This document shows positions 22,245-32,812 of a stretch of 64,000 bases of DNA, piece by piece. Below the pieces are notes generated by a model. That model searched no databases. It was not told the origin of the DNA and saw only the letters and a list, made by a program, of their open reading frames with translations. A program made the translations under genes and the position numbers. This DNA comes from a virus (lineage: Duplodnaviria; Caudoviricetes): IMG/VR virus record IMGVR_UViG_3300031992_000022, positions 1 to 64,000 of that record; one strand, 5' to 3'. The stretch's first letter is position 1. Each line of letters begins with the position of its first letter.

Positions 22245-22583
22245 TTATATTAAATTATTTTTCTCTGTAAGAATATTTTTTTCAGATAATATAATTTTAG
22301 ATCCGCCAATAATTGGCTGTATTTCATATATTATTGATTTAGATAATTTTATTTTACGTTCATTAAAAGATAAAATACGCTTTAATGATGCGGGTTTAGT
22401 TATATCTTCTTCTCTATTAAGATTAATAATTGCCATTATACGACCGGAATAAAGCTTATTCTTATCATCTAAATAATAATAAATTTTTCGACCAATATAT
22501 AATTTATTTTTATTATTAAAATATTCTTGTATAATAGCAATTATTGCGCCAATTAATCCGCCTATAATAATTTGCAATGTCAT
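22245..22583 (-). CDS. Hypothetical protein with N-terminal membrane anchor
   Basis: IIIGGLIGAIIAII hydrophobic N-terminus. Confidence 0.55.
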   Translation of the reverse strand: MTLQIIIGGLIGAIIAIIQEYFNNKNKLYIGRKIYYYLDDKNKLYSGRIMAIINLNREEDITKPASLKRILSFNERKIKLSKSIIYEIQPIIGGSKIILSEKNILTEKNNLI

Positions 22584-22610
22584 ATAATAATCACATTCTT
22601 TATATATATT

Positions 22611-23033
22611 TTAAAATATATTAGATTGCGGCTGCTTATCATATAATCTTTCATTAAATTGTTCATTTAATGTATTAATATTATTATTAATTTCTTGTAA
22701 TTTATCATCTATATAAGAAATATTTAATATATTATCATTTAATCGTGCATTTACAGTATCTATATTTAATTTTATTACTTGAGTATTATTTATTTCTTGT
22801 TCAATTAAATTTTTAATATTTATTAATTCTTTAGTATTATATGTATTTATTAAATTTATATTAGTTAATTCATCTTTTATAGTATTAATTTGAGTATTTA
22901 AATTGTTTATTTGTTGCAAATAATAATCTATTTTATTAGATAAAGTAATAAACCAATTAATATCAATATTAATTTTATCATTAATATTACTATCAATATT
23001 AATATTATTCATAATAATAAAATTTCCACTCAC
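22611..23033 (-). CDS. Hypothetical coiled-coil protein
   Basis: Heptad-like I/L/N pattern. Confidence 0.5.
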   Translation of the reverse strand: MSGNFIIMNNINIDSNINDKINIDINWFITLSNKIDYYLQQINNLNTQINTIKDELTNINLINTYNTKELINIKNLIEQEINNTQVIKLNIDTVNARLNDNILNISYIDDKLQEINNNINTLNEQFNERLYDKQPQSNIF

Positions 23034-23222
23034 TTTTTCTTATAAAAATAAAAAAAGAACTTATTGTAATAATAAGTTCTTAATATTATTTATATTATTA
23101 ATTAAAATTTTCTTATCAAGAATTATATAATATTATTAATATATAATTGAAAAATTTATATAATTCTTTCATTAACTATTAAAAATTACATAATTTCTTT
23201 AATTATTTATCAAAGAAATAAA

Positions 23223-23441
23223 TTACATTATTTCTTTGATTGTTACTTGCGCTTCAATTTCACCATTTTTATTAATTTTAACAATACCTTTATAGCCATT
23301 ACCAACATCAACTAATATTTTACTTAAATTATAAGTTTGTAAAAAAGAAATTACTTTACTTTTTACAAATGCATCAAATTCATCATGATTCATTAATGCA
23401 GTATTAGTTTTTTCTTGTACTGTTTGTTTATCATTATCCAT
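23223..23441 (-). CDS. Hypothetical protein
   Basis: SD AAAGGA and ATG start. Confidence 0.55.
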   Translation of the reverse strand: MDNDKQTVQEKTNTALMNHDEFDAFVKSKVISFLQTYNLSKILVDVGNGYKGIVKINKNGEIEAQVTIKEIM

Positions 23442-23567
23442 TTTTAATAGTATCCTTTCTATATTATAAAATTAATAATATAATAAATACAAAACTTATA
23501 CATAAATTATCTATTATTAATGGATTTAATAATAAATAATTTATAAAATTATAAATTGTATTCATCA

Positions 23568-23849
23568 TTAATTTATTTTATTAAACTCAGAATTTTCGTA
23601 AGCATCTCCATAATACTCCTTAGGATCCACTTCTTTTTTTCCAAGTTCATCCTTAAATGGATTATATATTTTATAACCTTTATATTCAAAAAAGCGGCAT
23701 TTATCTTTTTTACCTTCATTAAACAATCGTTTGTTTTTTTCTACCATTTGACGTGTATTATAATAATAATCACCTAATGGTTTCTTTTTTTCTTTTTGTT
23801 CATCATTAGCAATCCTTTGTAAAATTCTATTCATATTTAAATTTTCCAC
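23568..23849 (-). CDS. Hypothetical protein
   Basis: ORF with an MNRILQRIA motif shared with 36692-37606. Confidence 0.55.
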   Translation of the reverse strand: MENLNMNRILQRIANDEQKEKKKPLGDYYYNTRQMVEKNKRLFNEGKKDKCRFFEYKGYKIYNPFKDELGKKEVDPKEYYGDAYENSEFNKIN

Positions 23850-23996
23850 CTTAAAATTTATTTTTTATTTTAAAATTACAATTCAATAAAAAAATAAATT
23901 TTAAATAAAGAAGAGACTAATATATTTAATTAATTTTTATATATTAATCTCTTCTTTAAATACTTTAAATTAACTTCTTTTTATAAATTTAAATAT

Positions 23997-24349
23997 TTAT
24001 AAACTTTCCCATTCTTCTAAAGCTGAACTTTTACGCTGTTCAGGCGTCGCATTATTATAATCTTCTGCTGAATTAAATTTTGATGATTGAGTATTATATT
24101 GTCCTGGACGATTATAATTACCCCGCTGTGGATCACTAAAATCATCATTTTCAGCATCCAATGCAACTAAACCTAAATTAAGAATTTGTTCTTTTGTTAA
24201 TTCTTTATTAATATCTTGAATATCTGGTAATTGTTCAATTAATAATTTTTCTCTATCGGTTAAAGGACGTTTTTTTGGAGAAGCAGTTACAGAATAACGT
24301 GTTTCGCGTCCAATACCTTCTTTTTGAATTTTAATATCATATTCTAACG
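23997..24349 (-). CDS. gp32-like single-stranded DNA-binding protein, exon 2
   Basis: The join gives YGN-P-LEYDIKIQKEGIGRETRYSV, followed by an acidic/aromatic C-terminal tail. Spliced length 237 aa. Confidence 0.75.
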
Positions 24350-26625
24350 ATAATGATAGGTAAAAGCTATTAACTTTTTTCCCCCATTCCACACCGTACG
24401 AGTAGTTTTCACTACATACGGCGTTCCATCAATTATATATAATTTATAACATTAAATTATTTTAATTTAATATATTAATTATTTTGTTTCATATATTGAA
24501 TTAAATTTTTTTAATAAAGGCTTACGAAATTTAATATATCCTATAGGATATATATTAATACCAGCTAAATATCTTACTTGCTTACTATATTTATATTTTT
24601 CTGATTTACATTGACCACATTTATTCACATGTAATCGATTAATAATTATATTATTTATTATATTATTTATTTTATGAAAACTAATATTAACACAAGTTGC
24701 AATTTCATAATAATTATGAATACATTCAACTAATTGATTATATTTATTAATCATTAATAATCTATTATTACCTGAAGAATGTTGAATTTCTATTATCTGT
24801 TTTTTTAATTTATTAATTATAAATTTTATATTTTCATCAGATACGTATACTTGTATTACTCGTTTCATATTTTTACGCAATATTTTATATTTAAATCCTA
24901 AAAATATATCACATTTATGATTTAAATTTATTACTTGCGTTTGCTCTTCATTTATTTCTAATTTTAATCGTTTTTGTATCCATTCTATTACTGCTATTTT
25001 TATTCGTTTGGCTTGGTCTAAATTCCTACAGAATATTCTAATATTATCCATATAACGAATAATATATATTTCTTTTAAATTAGTTTGTTTTAAAGCACGA
25101 ATTTTATTACCATGATCGGAATATTGATGTTTTGTAGAAAAATTATTCCATTGACTTTCAATCCATTGATCTAATTCATTTAAAACTATATTTGTAAATG
25201 TAGCTGTTAAAAGTCCACACTGAAATATACCAGATTTTAATTGTTGTATTGAATTATTTACTTGTAAATTACTCTGCAATATTTTTTTTAATCTATACAA
25301 AAATTTAGTATCTTGTATTCCTAACGTCCATAATTGCCGTATTAATTTACTATGATTAACATTAGTATAAAAATCATTAATATTAATTTGTACTACATAA
25401 TATAAATCATTAATATTAATTTTTTGATATAATTCAGCAATTGCATTCTCTACAGATCTACCTGGACGAAATCCATAACTATGTGGACTAAATTTAGCTT
25501 CACAAATCGGTTCAAGAATTTGCTTAAAACATTGTTGTATAATTTTATCATAAATATTAGATATACTAATAGGAATTATTTGACCATTAATTTTTTGTAT
25601 TTCTGTTTTATATATTATATTAGATTTATAATAAATTATTTTCTGCCGTATTGTTTGTATTAATTCTTCTTCAGATAAATTTTTTATATCATTAGAATTT
25701 ATACAAAATTTAAATAAATTTTTTTGAATATTCTTATAAGCAAGTCTAATATTTTCATCCGTAATTACTCTATTTAATAATTTAGTAAATATTCGGCCTA
25801 TTTTAGTTTGTTCATAAAGATCATAATTAATATTATTAAACACAAGGTATCACCAATCTTTTAATATTATAAAAGTGTGCATTTTTTATCATACTCGAAT
25901 CCTTGTTAATAATTATATTTTTAAATTATATATAATTAACTTGTGTCCATTCCTATAATCTTCATTATAAAGATTTTTAAAACGGTTCGAACACTACTTT
26001 TCAGTACCAATTCAATTGCTTATTTTTCTTCGTCAATTTACATTATTTAAATAATGTTTGATACCTTTCCTTGTTCCATTATCTCTATCTTTTTATATAG
26101 CCTTAGATCAGCACTCTAAGCCTGTAAGCTGGATATAACCCGCCACATTTTTTATAAAATGTTTCGTTATATATAGTTTTTCATAGTTCACCATTTTTAC
26201 TCAACTACACTTACAATTCACTAAGAATCTATTACATTTCTGTAATATCTACGTTTAGACCTGTACATTCGTGCTTTCGTCAATTTCTTAACTAAGAAAT
26301 ATTCTAATCATAGCTATTTTCATTAACTTTTTAAAATTAAACAGACTCCCGGCATTCCATTACACGTTTATATTAAAACGATTGCCTCATCAACATAATG
26401 TCATGTTAGGATAACTGATGCCGACTTTCGCGAGCTCTCTTACATTTTTTGGACTAATGAACAATAAAATTGTTAAAATGCAAGTCGCAGTTTTAGAGAG
26501 AGTATTTCAGAACGTTACTTCTTTCATTCTACTCTTCGAGATAATAGTTCATATTTATAATAAATATGTATCAGTTTTAATATATTCTTCGCAGAATATA
26601 CATTAAGCTGATAAACAAGTCGCCC
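24350..26625 (-). mobile_element. Group II intron (2276 nt) in the SSB gene
   Basis: 5' end GGGCGACTTG (variant of GUGCG); domain V GAACGCCGTATGTAGTGAAAACTACTCGTACGGTG; domain VI ending ACCTATCATTAT. Removal restores the frame. Confidence 0.9.
24479..25843 (-). CDS. Group II intron RT/maturase with degenerate catalytic motifs and no endonuclease domain
   Basis: FSPHSYGFRPGRSVENAI and ILEPICEAKF; YMDN replaces YADD; GIFQCG replaces GTPQGG. Confidence 0.9.
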   Translation of the reverse strand: MFNNINYDLYEQTKIGRIFTKLLNRVITDENIRLAYKNIQKNLFKFCINSNDIKNLSEEELIQTIRQKIIYYKSNIIYKTEIQKINGQIIPISISNIYDKIIQQCFKQILEPICEAKFSPHSYGFRPGRSVENAIAELYQKININDLYYVVQININDFYTNVNHSKLIRQLWTLGIQDTKFLYRLKKILQSNLQVNNSIQQLKSGIFQCGLLTATFTNIVLNELDQWIESQWNNFSTKHQYSDHGNKIRALKQTNLKEIYIIRYMDNIRIFCRNLDQAKRIKIAVIEWIQKRLKLEINEEQTQVINLNHKCDIFLGFKYKILRKNMKRVIQVYVSDENIKFIINKLKKQIIEIQHSSGNNRLLMINKYNQLVECIHNYYEIATCVNISFHKINNIINNIIINRLHVNKCGQCKSEKYKYSKQVRYLAGINIYPIGYIKFRKPLLKKFNSIYETK

Positions 26626-26986
26626 GGTTGCCATAATCCTCGTCATTTGCATAATTAGAAATTTGTCTAATTACTGCTGCACCAGTTTCTAAAACTTTCG
26701 CCTGAGGATCTTCTGGATCTAATTTATCCAATACTTTTAATTGATAACGAGCTGATGGTGCATGCCCGATATTACATAAAGGACAATCTTTACCAATACA
26801 TGTAATTTTTCTTAATTTACCATCAAATGTTTTTTCCCAATGCTGATATATTTTTGAAGGATTGGAGGCTACTCTAATAACATTTTTACCGGGCTGTAAT
26901 TTCATAAAAGGTACTCTTGGGCCACTTTCATTTTCGAATGAATCATTAAGTTCTTGCCAACTGGAATCATACATATTTTCTGCCAT
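26626..26986 (-). CDS. gp32-like single-stranded DNA-binding protein, exon 1
   Basis: FMKLQPGKNVIR...HW...ITC..KDCPLC...RY: Zn-binding gp32/Enc34-type SSB pattern; SD GAGGT. Confidence 0.75.
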
Positions 26987-27152
26987 TTTATTTTACCTCA
27001 TTTTTTAATTATAGAATTTTTTTATTAAAAATAATTTTTAAAATATAAAATATAACACAATCATATATACCATCAACTCATTTCTTATTTTTATAAATAA
27101 ATTATAAATTTTAGCTTATACTTTATAATATTAATTAGATTTTTAAAATCTA

Positions 27153-27776
27153 TTACCATTCCATTTCTTTTATTCCATTTTGTTCCATTAAATTTTTTTC
27201 TGCAGTAATATAATTATCTTTTTTCCTAACTTCACCTAATGTAATTTGGGCTTGCAATACACTAGCTTGTCGTGAAATAGTTTCAGATGTCGCTCGCATA
27301 TTATCTAAATGCGTTTTTACTTCATTTCGAAAAGTTTCTGCAGCTTCTAATTGAATATATTGTGTTACATATTTTACCATTGCTTCACCTTTTCGTTTAT
27401 CTGCTGAAGTAGCCTTAGATACTACATTATGCGCCATTGTTAACATTTCAAATATTTTTGTGCGTGTATTATATTCTCTATCTGCTAATGCTAATATTCC
27501 AGATAATCGTTCTCTATAAGCTTGTGCTTTTGCTAAGCCTTCATTAATATTGAACGTAGTAGGATCTAAGTAAATATCAACATGCATTGACATCATTTCT
27601 TCGCGAAGCTTATTACGATCCAATTTAGGTATTGTAAATAACATATCTTGTGCAATATTTTCAATATCTGTTATTGAACCTGTACCTTTACCTTTACCGT
27701 ATTTATTACTAATATTATTTAATTGCTGTTCATAATCAATTTGTGCTTTTTGATTAATATCTGTTGAATTAATCAT
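27153..27776 (-). CDS. Hypothetical helical protein (possible UvsY-like recombination mediator)
   Basis: All-helical protein next to SSB; the function is a guess from context. Confidence 0.45.
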   Translation of the reverse strand: MINSTDINQKAQIDYEQQLNNISNKYGKGKGTGSITDIENIAQDMLFTIPKLDRNKLREEMMSMHVDIYLDPTTFNINEGLAKAQAYRERLSGILALADREYNTRTKIFEMLTMAHNVVSKATSADKRKGEAMVKYVTQYIQLEAAETFRNEVKTHLDNMRATSETISRQASVLQAQITLGEVRKKDNYITAEKNLMEQNGIKEMEW

Positions 27777-27852
27777 TATTTTTTACTCTCTTTCATTTAT
27801 TAATTAATATATATTTTATTATATTAATAATTTTTAATTTAGATTTTTATAT

Positions 27853-28395
27853 CTACAGAATTGTATAATGTGTTGGTTTTTTTGATTGATCAGGCTTAAA
27901 TGGATTATATGTAAATTTACCAAGATTCAAATCTTTTGGATCTAATTTAGTAGTATTAATATCCATATATGTACCTTGCCAGCTTTGTAAATTACGATAA
28001 GTTTTTATATGACTAAGATAATAATTTTCTTTTTCTTCAGTATTAGCAGAAGTTATATCACTAGTACCATTAATAAGTTCCCAAGTTACAGATAACCAAT
28101 CTCGGCCTTTTATATAAATTTCTTCAAATAAATATTTTAATATATCTAAGAAGATTTCGCATTCTTCTTGAGTATTAAAATAAGTACATAAATTTCTTGG
28201 TCCAACAGCACCATAATATTTTAAAAAATCAGAATATAATTTAGCAATAGTACCCAATAATACTGCTACTAATTTATCATTATTATAATGAGTTGTACTA
28301 CTATCATCAGGAGCGTTATAAAACCAAATATCTGGTATATAACCTCCTACATCATTTATTCTCCACGAAAACTGCGGATTATTATATAAAGTCAT
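27853..28395 (-). CDS. Hypothetical protein
   Basis: ORF track; operon-like packing. Confidence 0.55.
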   Translation of the reverse strand: MTLYNNPQFSWRINDVGGYIPDIWFYNAPDDSSTTHYNNDKLVAVLLGTIAKLYSDFLKYYGAVGPRNLCTYFNTQEECEIFLDILKYLFEEIYIKGRDWLSVTWELINGTSDITSANTEEKENYYLSHIKTYRNLQSWQGTYMDINTTKLDPKDLNLGKFTYNPFKPDQSKKPTHYTIL

Positions 28396-28407
28396 ATTAA
28401 ATCACAT

Positions 28408-28692
28408 TTATAATTTTAATAAATTTTCTTCTTGCTTTTGTAATTGTTGTATACGCATTTCTAAAGCATATGCAACTATTTTATGGCATAGTATTTTTTG
28501 CATTTGCCATTCATCATCTATAGGATATAATTGAGGAAAAACTTTATGATAATAATAATCTTTAATTTTATTATCATTATTAATTACATCTTTTAATAAT
28601 CGAATTTCTTTTTTTAAAGAATCAATTTTATACTTAATATCTTTAGCTTGTAAATATTTTTGTTCTAATTGATTAAATTCTTCAGATGTCAT
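28408..28692 (-). CDS. Hypothetical protein
   Basis: Overlapping stop/start with its neighbour. Confidence 0.55.
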   Translation of the reverse strand: MTSEEFNQLEQKYLQAKDIKYKIDSLKKEIRLLKDVINNDNKIKDYYYHKVFPQLYPIDDEWQMQKILCHKIVAYALEMRIQQLQKQEENLLKL

Positions 28693-29219
28693 TATTCCAT
28701 TTTCCTCTCATAAAATAAATTTCTTATTAATTTACCATTATCATAGATATTATTCAAAAAATTATCAGGCAATACTTTATTGATTAATTTATATATATAA
28801 ATTTTATAATTTATACGAAAATATTTATCATATTCTTTATCACTAAAAAATTTATACAGGTAATCATCTAACATTTCTTCTTCATTATTATATTCGTATA
28901 TTCCACAATACTTTTTCCATGCAGATTCAAAGACATATGTTTTATTATCTTTAAAATAACAAAACCAAGTATGATTAGACTTGTCTTCAGCTTGTAAAAA
29001 ATATAATCTTATGGGGTGTGAAAAATGTCGAGGAAAATAAAATTGAAGAAAATTACAAAAATCCCAACAGCAACCCGTTTTTAAAGTAATAAATTGTTTA
29101 GGCGTTAATACTCGATATTTTTCCCAATTCTTTTTTGTTGGTTTAACTATTTTATTTTTTACAACACAATTCCATTCAAATGTATTTAATAAATTATTTA
29201 ATTTTTCAATAGTAATCAT
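28692..29219 (-). CDS. Transglutaminase/papain-like fold protein
   Basis: GCCWD...HT...FE putative Cys-His-Glu triad. Confidence 0.5.
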   Translation of the reverse strand: MITIEKLNNLLNTFEWNCVVKNKIVKPTKKNWEKYRVLTPKQFITLKTGCCWDFCNFLQFYFPRHFSHPIRLYFLQAEDKSNHTWFCYFKDNKTYVFESAWKKYCGIYEYNNEEEMLDDYLYKFFSDKEYDKYFRINYKIYIYKLINKVLPDNFLNNIYDNGKLIRNLFYERKME

Positions 29220-29488
29220 TTTATAATTGGTTCACTTTTACTTCTAGTAAATATCCATTTTAAACAATCTAATAATGAAATTTGTCCTTTTAACATTTCT
29301 TGTAATACATACTTACCATTTTCTTTTTTATTATAATATACATCTAAAAACGGACCAATTTGTATTACTGAAAATCTTTTTACGCCGCGAGATAAATAAA
29401 ATCCTAATTTATCTTTCCAATATATATATCCGCTATCTTTTAAAAATTTAAAATATTGATTAATTAATTTTTGATCAGCTTGAATCAA
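29216..29488 (-). CDS. Hypothetical protein
   Basis: SD GGTGA; translationally coupled to the next gene. Confidence 0.5.
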   Translation of the reverse strand: MIQADQKLINQYFKFLKDSGYIYWKDKLGFYLSRGVKRFSVIQIGPFLDVYYNKKENGKYVLQEMLKGQISLLDCLKWIFTRSKSEPIIK

Positions 29489-29699
29489 TGATTAATCACC
29501 CTAAAAAAAATAATTATTTATTTTTTTAAATAAATAATATCTCCTAATTTATGTTATTCAATATAATCAATTTCAGTATTTAATAAATTATCATCAATAT
29601 TCGAAGATTCGTTAATAGATATATATTTTATTATATCATCAATACAAAGTGAAAAATAAAATTAATAATATAATGATAAAAATTCTTTTAATTTCATAA

Positions 29700-30212
29700 T
29701 TAAATCTCCTGACAATATTTTTCGCGCATTAATCTTTGATAAATATGATCAGAATAGGTAAAAATAATTAACTGTTTACACTGTTTACTAATTAATTTTA
29801 ATAAAGGAATATGTACTAATGCATGTAAATGAGTTTCAGGTAAATCAATTTTTATTATCTTATATTTATTTTTATATATAGTATATAAATAGTTAATTCC
29901 TTCTAAAAATCCACAATCAATTATTTGATCATTAATTAATTCTTGATAATTAATATGCTTAGGTAAGCCTAATGATTCACATTGTTGAAAAATATCCAAT
30001 GAATTATTAACTCGTAATAATAAATTTAATGAATTAAATTCATCTATAGTAAAATTTATTTTTCGATTTCGAGTAAAAAAATAATTGCTCTTTTCTTTTA
30101 AAAATAAAGGATATAATGATTCTATTTCTTCAACTTCTCTAGGATAATAGGTTTTTATATTTTTTACAATAAAAATATGGTTATTAGTTAACATTTTATA
30201 TATCCTTTCCAA
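29700..30212 (-). CDS. Hypothetical protein
   Basis: ORF track. Confidence 0.5.
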   Translation of the reverse strand: MERIYKMLTNNHIFIVKNIKTYYPREVEEIESLYPLFLKEKSNYFFTRNRKINFTIDEFNSLNLLLRVNNSLDIFQQCESLGLPKHINYQELINDQIIDCGFLEGINYLYTIYKNKYKIIKIDLPETHLHALVHIPLLKLISKQCKQLIIFTYSDHIYQRLMREKYCQEI

Positions 30213-30217
30213 TAATA

Positions 30218-30901
30218 TTAGTTATAATTATTCCAATAGTTTTTATATTCGTTGTCTGTTACAGTAAAATTAATTATATTGGTTATATCATTTTTCTTTA
30301 ATTCCCAAGTCAATCCAAAAATTGTTTTATCCGAGCAACTAATCCAATCATTTTTAGGTAAATAAATATTAAATATTCTTTTCCAAGACCGATAAATTTT
30401 TTGTAAATATATTTTAGCTAAATTTTGCTGCCAAATATTTAATTTATAAAAATAATCTTCATCAAACACTTTATACAAATTAATACCCAATTTAGGCAAA
30501 CATTTACAATATCGATCAAATTCATTATCTTCTTGCTCAGTTAATGATAAATATCCTCTATTTAAGCATATAATAAATAAATCATCATCGTATAATAATA
30601 CTTGATTATCAGGAATATTAAATACAACAATTATATAATTTCCTGGTGAATGAGCATAAAATAATTTATTATACAATGGATCCATTGAACCTTCTACCAT
30701 ATAATGTAAGTGCCAAGGAAACATATAATTATTAGGATTTGATACTTTGTATTGACATTTTAACCATTTATAAGCTTGACTAGTAAATGCATCGTTTTCC
30801 TCATAAAATGAATAATATTTAGAATTATATGTAATAATATTATTTTTCATTAAATCAATATATTCTAAATCTGTATTTTGAAATACTTTCCATAATTTCA
30901 T
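30218..30901 (-). CDS. DUF3841-like protein
   Basis: AYKWL...FPW...IPDNQVLLYD...SWKRIF...WELKKNDI resembles DUF3841. Confidence 0.55.
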   Translation of the reverse strand: MKLWKVFQNTDLEYIDLMKNNIITYNSKYYSFYEENDAFTSQAYKWLKCQYKVSNPNNYMFPWHLHYMVEGSMDPLYNKLFYAHSPGNYIIVVFNIPDNQVLLYDDDLFIICLNRGYLSLTEQEDNEFDRYCKCLPKLGINLYKVFDEDYFYKLNIWQQNLAKIYLQKIYRSWKRIFNIYLPKNDWISCSDKTIFGLTWELKKNDITNIINFTVTDNEYKNYWNNYN

Positions 30902-30928
30902 AATTAATTTCCTTTTATATATTTTTTA

Positions 30929-31066
30929 TTAATAATAAAGCATAATTTTATCTATTAACATTTCTAATTTTATATCAAAACTACAAGTAAATGAATTATG
31001 ACATTTTGAACAATTATATTTACAGCCTCGAAATCAAATAATAATACAAATACCATCAACTATAGA
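30929..31066 (-). pseudogene. Decayed copy of the nrdG 5' end
   Basis: Translates SIVDGICIII*FRGCKYNCSKCHNSFTCSF, versus nrdG SIVDGEGVRTVIWFQGCNHNCYNCHNPQTHSF. Confidence 0.75.
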
Positions 31067-31067
31067 A

Positions 31068-31856
31068 TTAATTTAAGGATAAATTACTAAATTCATTAAA
31101 TATTTCTTCTCTTTGTCTACTAAAAAGATAAAAGAAAAATAATTGTATGAAAGCATATCCGCCATCAGAACAGCTAAATGCAAAATAATTATCATTATGA
31201 ATATAATCAATAATACTTTTATAATTATCTTGATATATCATAAAATCTGTTACTGGATTCACAATAAATTCTATTATACCTTCTTCTATAATATATGGAA
31301 AATCTGTAATAGAATATTGGCGAAATAATAAATGTAATAATTCATGTAACGTAACAATTTGTAAAGTCTGTTTAAAAGTTCGTGCATATTCTTTTTTTAA
31401 TAACGGTAAATTTAATTTAATTAAATTTGCATATGGAGTTACAGTAAATTTACCTTTTCCCGGAATAGATGAATCAATATCAATTGATATAACGTTATCT
31501 TCTGTATGCAACTCAAAATTGAATAAATGTTTATAAAGATTTAATCCGTAATTAAAAGCATCAATAATTATTAAAGATTCTTCATTACGCGGGTTCATAA
31601 TATTAATTAATTGTGATTTATATTGACAATGATGATATTTAGGTACTGGTTTAAATTGAATAAATTGCGAAATATTTAAAGACATAAATTCTGGCTGTAA
31701 ATTTAAAAACAATTTATAATCTTTTACAAATTGTTCAAACGCTTGTTTCCAAGAAATAAATCCATACCTTTTATTCAAGTAATTAAATCGATAAGTCTGT
31801 AAATCAGTTATCAATTGACACATTTGTGGTAAATTTTTATAAAAAAATTTTTTCAT
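31068..31856 (-). CDS. Putative zincin-like metallopeptidase
   Basis: TLHELLH followed by IIEEGI (gluzincin pattern). Confidence 0.5.
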   Translation of the reverse strand: MKKFFYKNLPQMCQLITDLQTYRFNYLNKRYGFISWKQAFEQFVKDYKLFLNLQPEFMSLNISQFIQFKPVPKYHHCQYKSQLINIMNPRNEESLIIIDAFNYGLNLYKHLFNFELHTEDNVISIDIDSSIPGKGKFTVTPYANLIKLNLPLLKKEYARTFKQTLQIVTLHELLHLLFRQYSITDFPYIIEEGIIEFIVNPVTDFMIYQDNYKSIIDYIHNDNYFAFSCSDGGYAFIQLFFFYLFSRQREEIFNEFSNLSLN

Positions 31857-31902
31857 TATAAACCTTCTTTTATATAAATTTAAAAAATATTTATATTCTT
31901 TT

Positions 31903-32799
31903 TTATATATTTTTTAATAATATCTCTGCACTTAATTTATTAAATAAATCTTTTAATTTTTGTTTATACTGTATATTATCTTCTTTATTAAGTATTTGAT
32001 TATTCCAATTATACCATCGTGTCTCATATCGTTTCATTTGTTTATAAACAGTTAATGCAAATGTAATTATATCATCAATATATAATGAGTAGAGACATTG
32101 ATGAGGAATATGTAAAACGACTTTATTTTTATAAGCAAAAATTGTATTATATGTTCGTTCGTCATCAAATCCTAAACATAATGGAGCATTATTATTTAAT
32201 GTAAAATATATTGCTCTTAACCATTTATATGGTATTTCACATATATGACTACCATATAGATAAAATTTATCAAAACGGATTTGAATTAAATGCGCTTTAA
32301 TAAATCTTATTGTAAAAGGTATTAAATTTGAATTTCTTATTGTAAAAGGTATTGAATTTGAAATTCTTCTCATATTTATCATTTCCTTATTACAATAAAC
32401 ATTAATTTTTGCTAATAGATTATCAATAATTGTAATATATTTCTTTATATTTTGATTATTTAATTCTACTTTAAATGATTTATAAAATTTTTCTTTATTT
32501 TCTTCTATTGCTTTGCTTAACTGTAAAGCAAAAAAGAAGCCTTCTATACTAATTTTATAAAATATAGCATTTGATCTATAAATAATAACTTCATAATCTG
32601 AAGTAACTATAACATTATCTTTAAATTTATCAGGCATATATAAACAAAATGGCAGATTATATTGTAATGCATAATTAATACTTTTTAACCATTCTATAAT
32701 TAAATGAGGCGTACAATCACTGTTAAAAGTAATATTGTTAATTTGTAATTGACATCGCATATAATTTATATTTGATATTTTTATTACATTATTATCCAT
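31903..32799 (-). CDS. Hypothetical protein with two copies of a domain shared with 32813-33271
   Basis: EWLKS...NLPFCL and KWLRA...NAPLCL. Confidence 0.6.
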   Translation of the reverse strand: MDNNVIKISNINYMRCQLQINNITFNSDCTPHLIIEWLKSINYALQYNLPFCLYMPDKFKDNVIVTSDYEVIIYRSNAIFYKISIEGFFFALQLSKAIEENKEKFYKSFKVELNNQNIKKYITIIDNLLAKINVYCNKEMINMRRISNSIPFTIRNSNLIPFTIRFIKAHLIQIRFDKFYLYGSHICEIPYKWLRAIYFTLNNNAPLCLGFDDERTYNTIFAYKNKVVLHIPHQCLYSLYIDDIITFALTVYKQMKRYETRWYNWNNQILNKEDNIQYKQKLKDLFNKLSAEILLKNI

Positions 32800-32812
32800 A
32801 ATAAAAATCCTT

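Noticed and set aside
24479-25843. RT as a DGR, retron or defence RT
   Set aside because: It is flanked by group II domains V and VI and by exons that rejoin in frame; no TR/VR pair or msr/msd was seen.
29555-29697. Short minus-strand frame MKLKEFLSLYY*FYFSLCIDD
   Set aside because: In-frame TAA after 11 codons; probably a decayed small gene, with too little evidence to call.
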